A stretch of DNA of 64,000 nucleotides from Bacillales bacterium (GTDB lineage Bacteria; Bacillota; Bacilli; JARBTR01): the NCBI GenBank assembly GCA_031554185.1, contig JAVBKE010000023.1, forward strand, positions 15,597-79,596, read 5' to 3'. Below are positions 63,801 to 64,000 of this stretch, piece after piece (positions within the stretch are counted from its first letter, which is position 1; every line of letters begins with the position of its first letter). A program made the translations under genes and the position numbers. Under the pieces are notes generated by a model. That model had not been told where the DNA came from. It worked only from the letters and a program-made list of their open reading frames with translations, and did not search any database.

Positions 63801-64000
63801 ATAAAAGCAAAAGAAACACTTTTAAAAGGAATTCGTAAGGTGCAGTTGTTAGCAATTCAAAAAGCAAACAACAAAGTCGCTAAGAACGCTATTGAACGAT
63901 CTGATGTTATTTCTGAGGATGATGAAAACAGTTTAATTGAAAATCTTTATAATTTATTCAGACAATATTGGTTTTTGGCTTTGCCAGTTATTGGTAAAAA
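60885..64000 (+). CDS. large virion protein, portal-like N-terminal region fused to a long C-terminal extension containing a 2H-phosphoesterase-like domain (3' end outside window)
   Basis: own translation: ATG 60885, no stop to window end (>1038 aa; absent from ORF track because unterminated); poly-Glu linker near aa 445; C-terminal HFTVVYGL (63289) and HVSLVYV (63528) H-x-T/S-x motifs about 80 aa apart. Confidence 0.5.
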   Translation, partial: MNPFAKIFNINRNKEKTIENDRRLSNDYLRNGNAKAKRTIIIDEEDNKETSYSGWLYAALNVRADNFASFCEESVMPAFDVEDENVTVNHPYIKMIENSQRYEEYDFWHDILADYDIFGEYFIFILRRVVYEKDPKTGKQVLTYCGEPQSIEVLDAGNMTVLKNGYGEVVGYKEQVDSTHYREFSVDQIIHRINKNPMNKELPYSIFDAARDYQYTINKGSDYAKAALINNINTPAIISSQQELSPDEYDNLVARISQHEAGKPIVANGAGAIDYKETNQSLDKASLPSLNEINRQTIYAITGTSKTILGIEESGTTRETARVQDKKFTQKTILPLAKRVVGSLNLDFRIHYPEAVKKYNLKLDIKDLTDPEDVQEKLTTQKLLFDDITEIVYSGYTAQSAEDFMYGDISYTALVPDEDSSQDETEEDVPGGINSPEEEEEEEPVDETPKETMDGAVDLKESDKLLVPENFVRNYVHDKNYVSDLIIEENATPKGNPHHDKVGKFTYGPYGEYTGLEKTTKLCQTMNKLLEKQYKKREKMASMASDEEFYNQWQDLKEKSGEVIKNYIEANGGDYNKLMTMESDWVGNDYKTIEDHIKNKDSKELELMNALQQAYFHEAGIKEITLERGVYGDQAKKLKEAQKSGKSIDLGPDYATSFTGDHYAAVDYADGASFTAPDDISDSVVIKKTIPVDQIVYSTEVLRGKAGSLKDEFIVTMPKGMKIDPSDIEVINSLEDVVTNNIEDEHDFSPKITEEHQGWVGAKVTPIEVSDRLSDELKIQLADESLMDAEQEATNSPGQENPHFTVVYGLKEEAYKNDIKKLFKDLVPKEVEIESIEKFDLDNDDSDVIVAKVKKTPELEAMNKAFLELPHYDQKFPDYTPHVSLVYVKKDADDKEIIDSFQDLVGKKLKVAGADYGKNSPMTTNQKEIDFENHTHDGGEFTIDDHINSVFSKRLNDLGELDDYSKTQQAQLIKAKETLLKGIRKVQLLAIQKANNKVAKNAIERSDVISEDDENSLIENLYNLFRQYWFLALPVIGK

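Noticed and set aside
1-64000. Integrase/attachment site or lysogeny module (prophage hypothesis)
   Set aside because: No tyrosine or serine recombinase, repressor/Cro pair or flanking bacterial genes found; the gene content (own Pol III alpha, about 29 tRNAs, nucleotide metabolism) indicates a virulent phage

Overview
This 64 kb window reads as a segment of a large, AT-rich, virulent tailed phage with a siphovirus-like tail module and a Firmicutes-type CHAP/M15 lysin. No integrase, rRNA or CRISPR array was seen. Layout: (i) positions 1-11617 on the + strand hold the 3' part of the tail module (tape measure protein with tandem repeats, Dit- and Tal-like genes, four structural ORFs) and a multidomain lysin. 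(ii) Positions 11734-20683 on the - strand hold convergent terminase large and small subunits, a KxDG ligase, a RusA resolvase and about 17 small early ORFs. (iii) A roughly 620 bp divergent control region (20720-21336) contains a (CT)12 microsatellite and a GC-rich island. (iv) The + strand continues through a recombination module (Sak4-like ATPase, SSB, PD-(D/E)xK exonuclease), an AAA+ (MoxR/CobS-like) operon with a metallophosphoesterase, and a nucleotide-metabolism cluster (nucleoside 2-deoxyribosyltransferase, ThyX-like, HD hydrolase, P-loop dNMP kinase, dUTPase), then ParB-like and HNH/GIY-YIG nucleases. (v) A dense tRNA array at 39185-42438 holds 28 tRNA-like genes, with one outlier at 44026. 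No tRNA-Trp was found, and several members are non-canonical, including Leu-anticodon tRNAs with short variable arms and an Ile-UAU tRNA. (vi) Then come an SLT transglycosylase, a KGG stress-motif protein, a DnaE-type Pol III alpha subunit, a second, frame-split SLT gene, HNH endonucleases, a family of five paralogous fibre-like proteins with a shared N-terminal motif, a holin-like membrane protein, and a >1038 aa portal-like ORF running off the window end. The C-terminal region of that ORF carries two H-x-T/S-x motifs typical of 2H phosphoesterases, which is also the fold of the anti-CBASS protein Acb1. A 14-bp palindrome, AAAGTA-WW-TACTTT, recurs at least 8 times next to TATAAT-type promoters, consistent with a phage regulon operator. 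All tRNA and protein calls come from manual folding and motif reading. They need tRNAscan-SE, HMM or BLAST confirmation.
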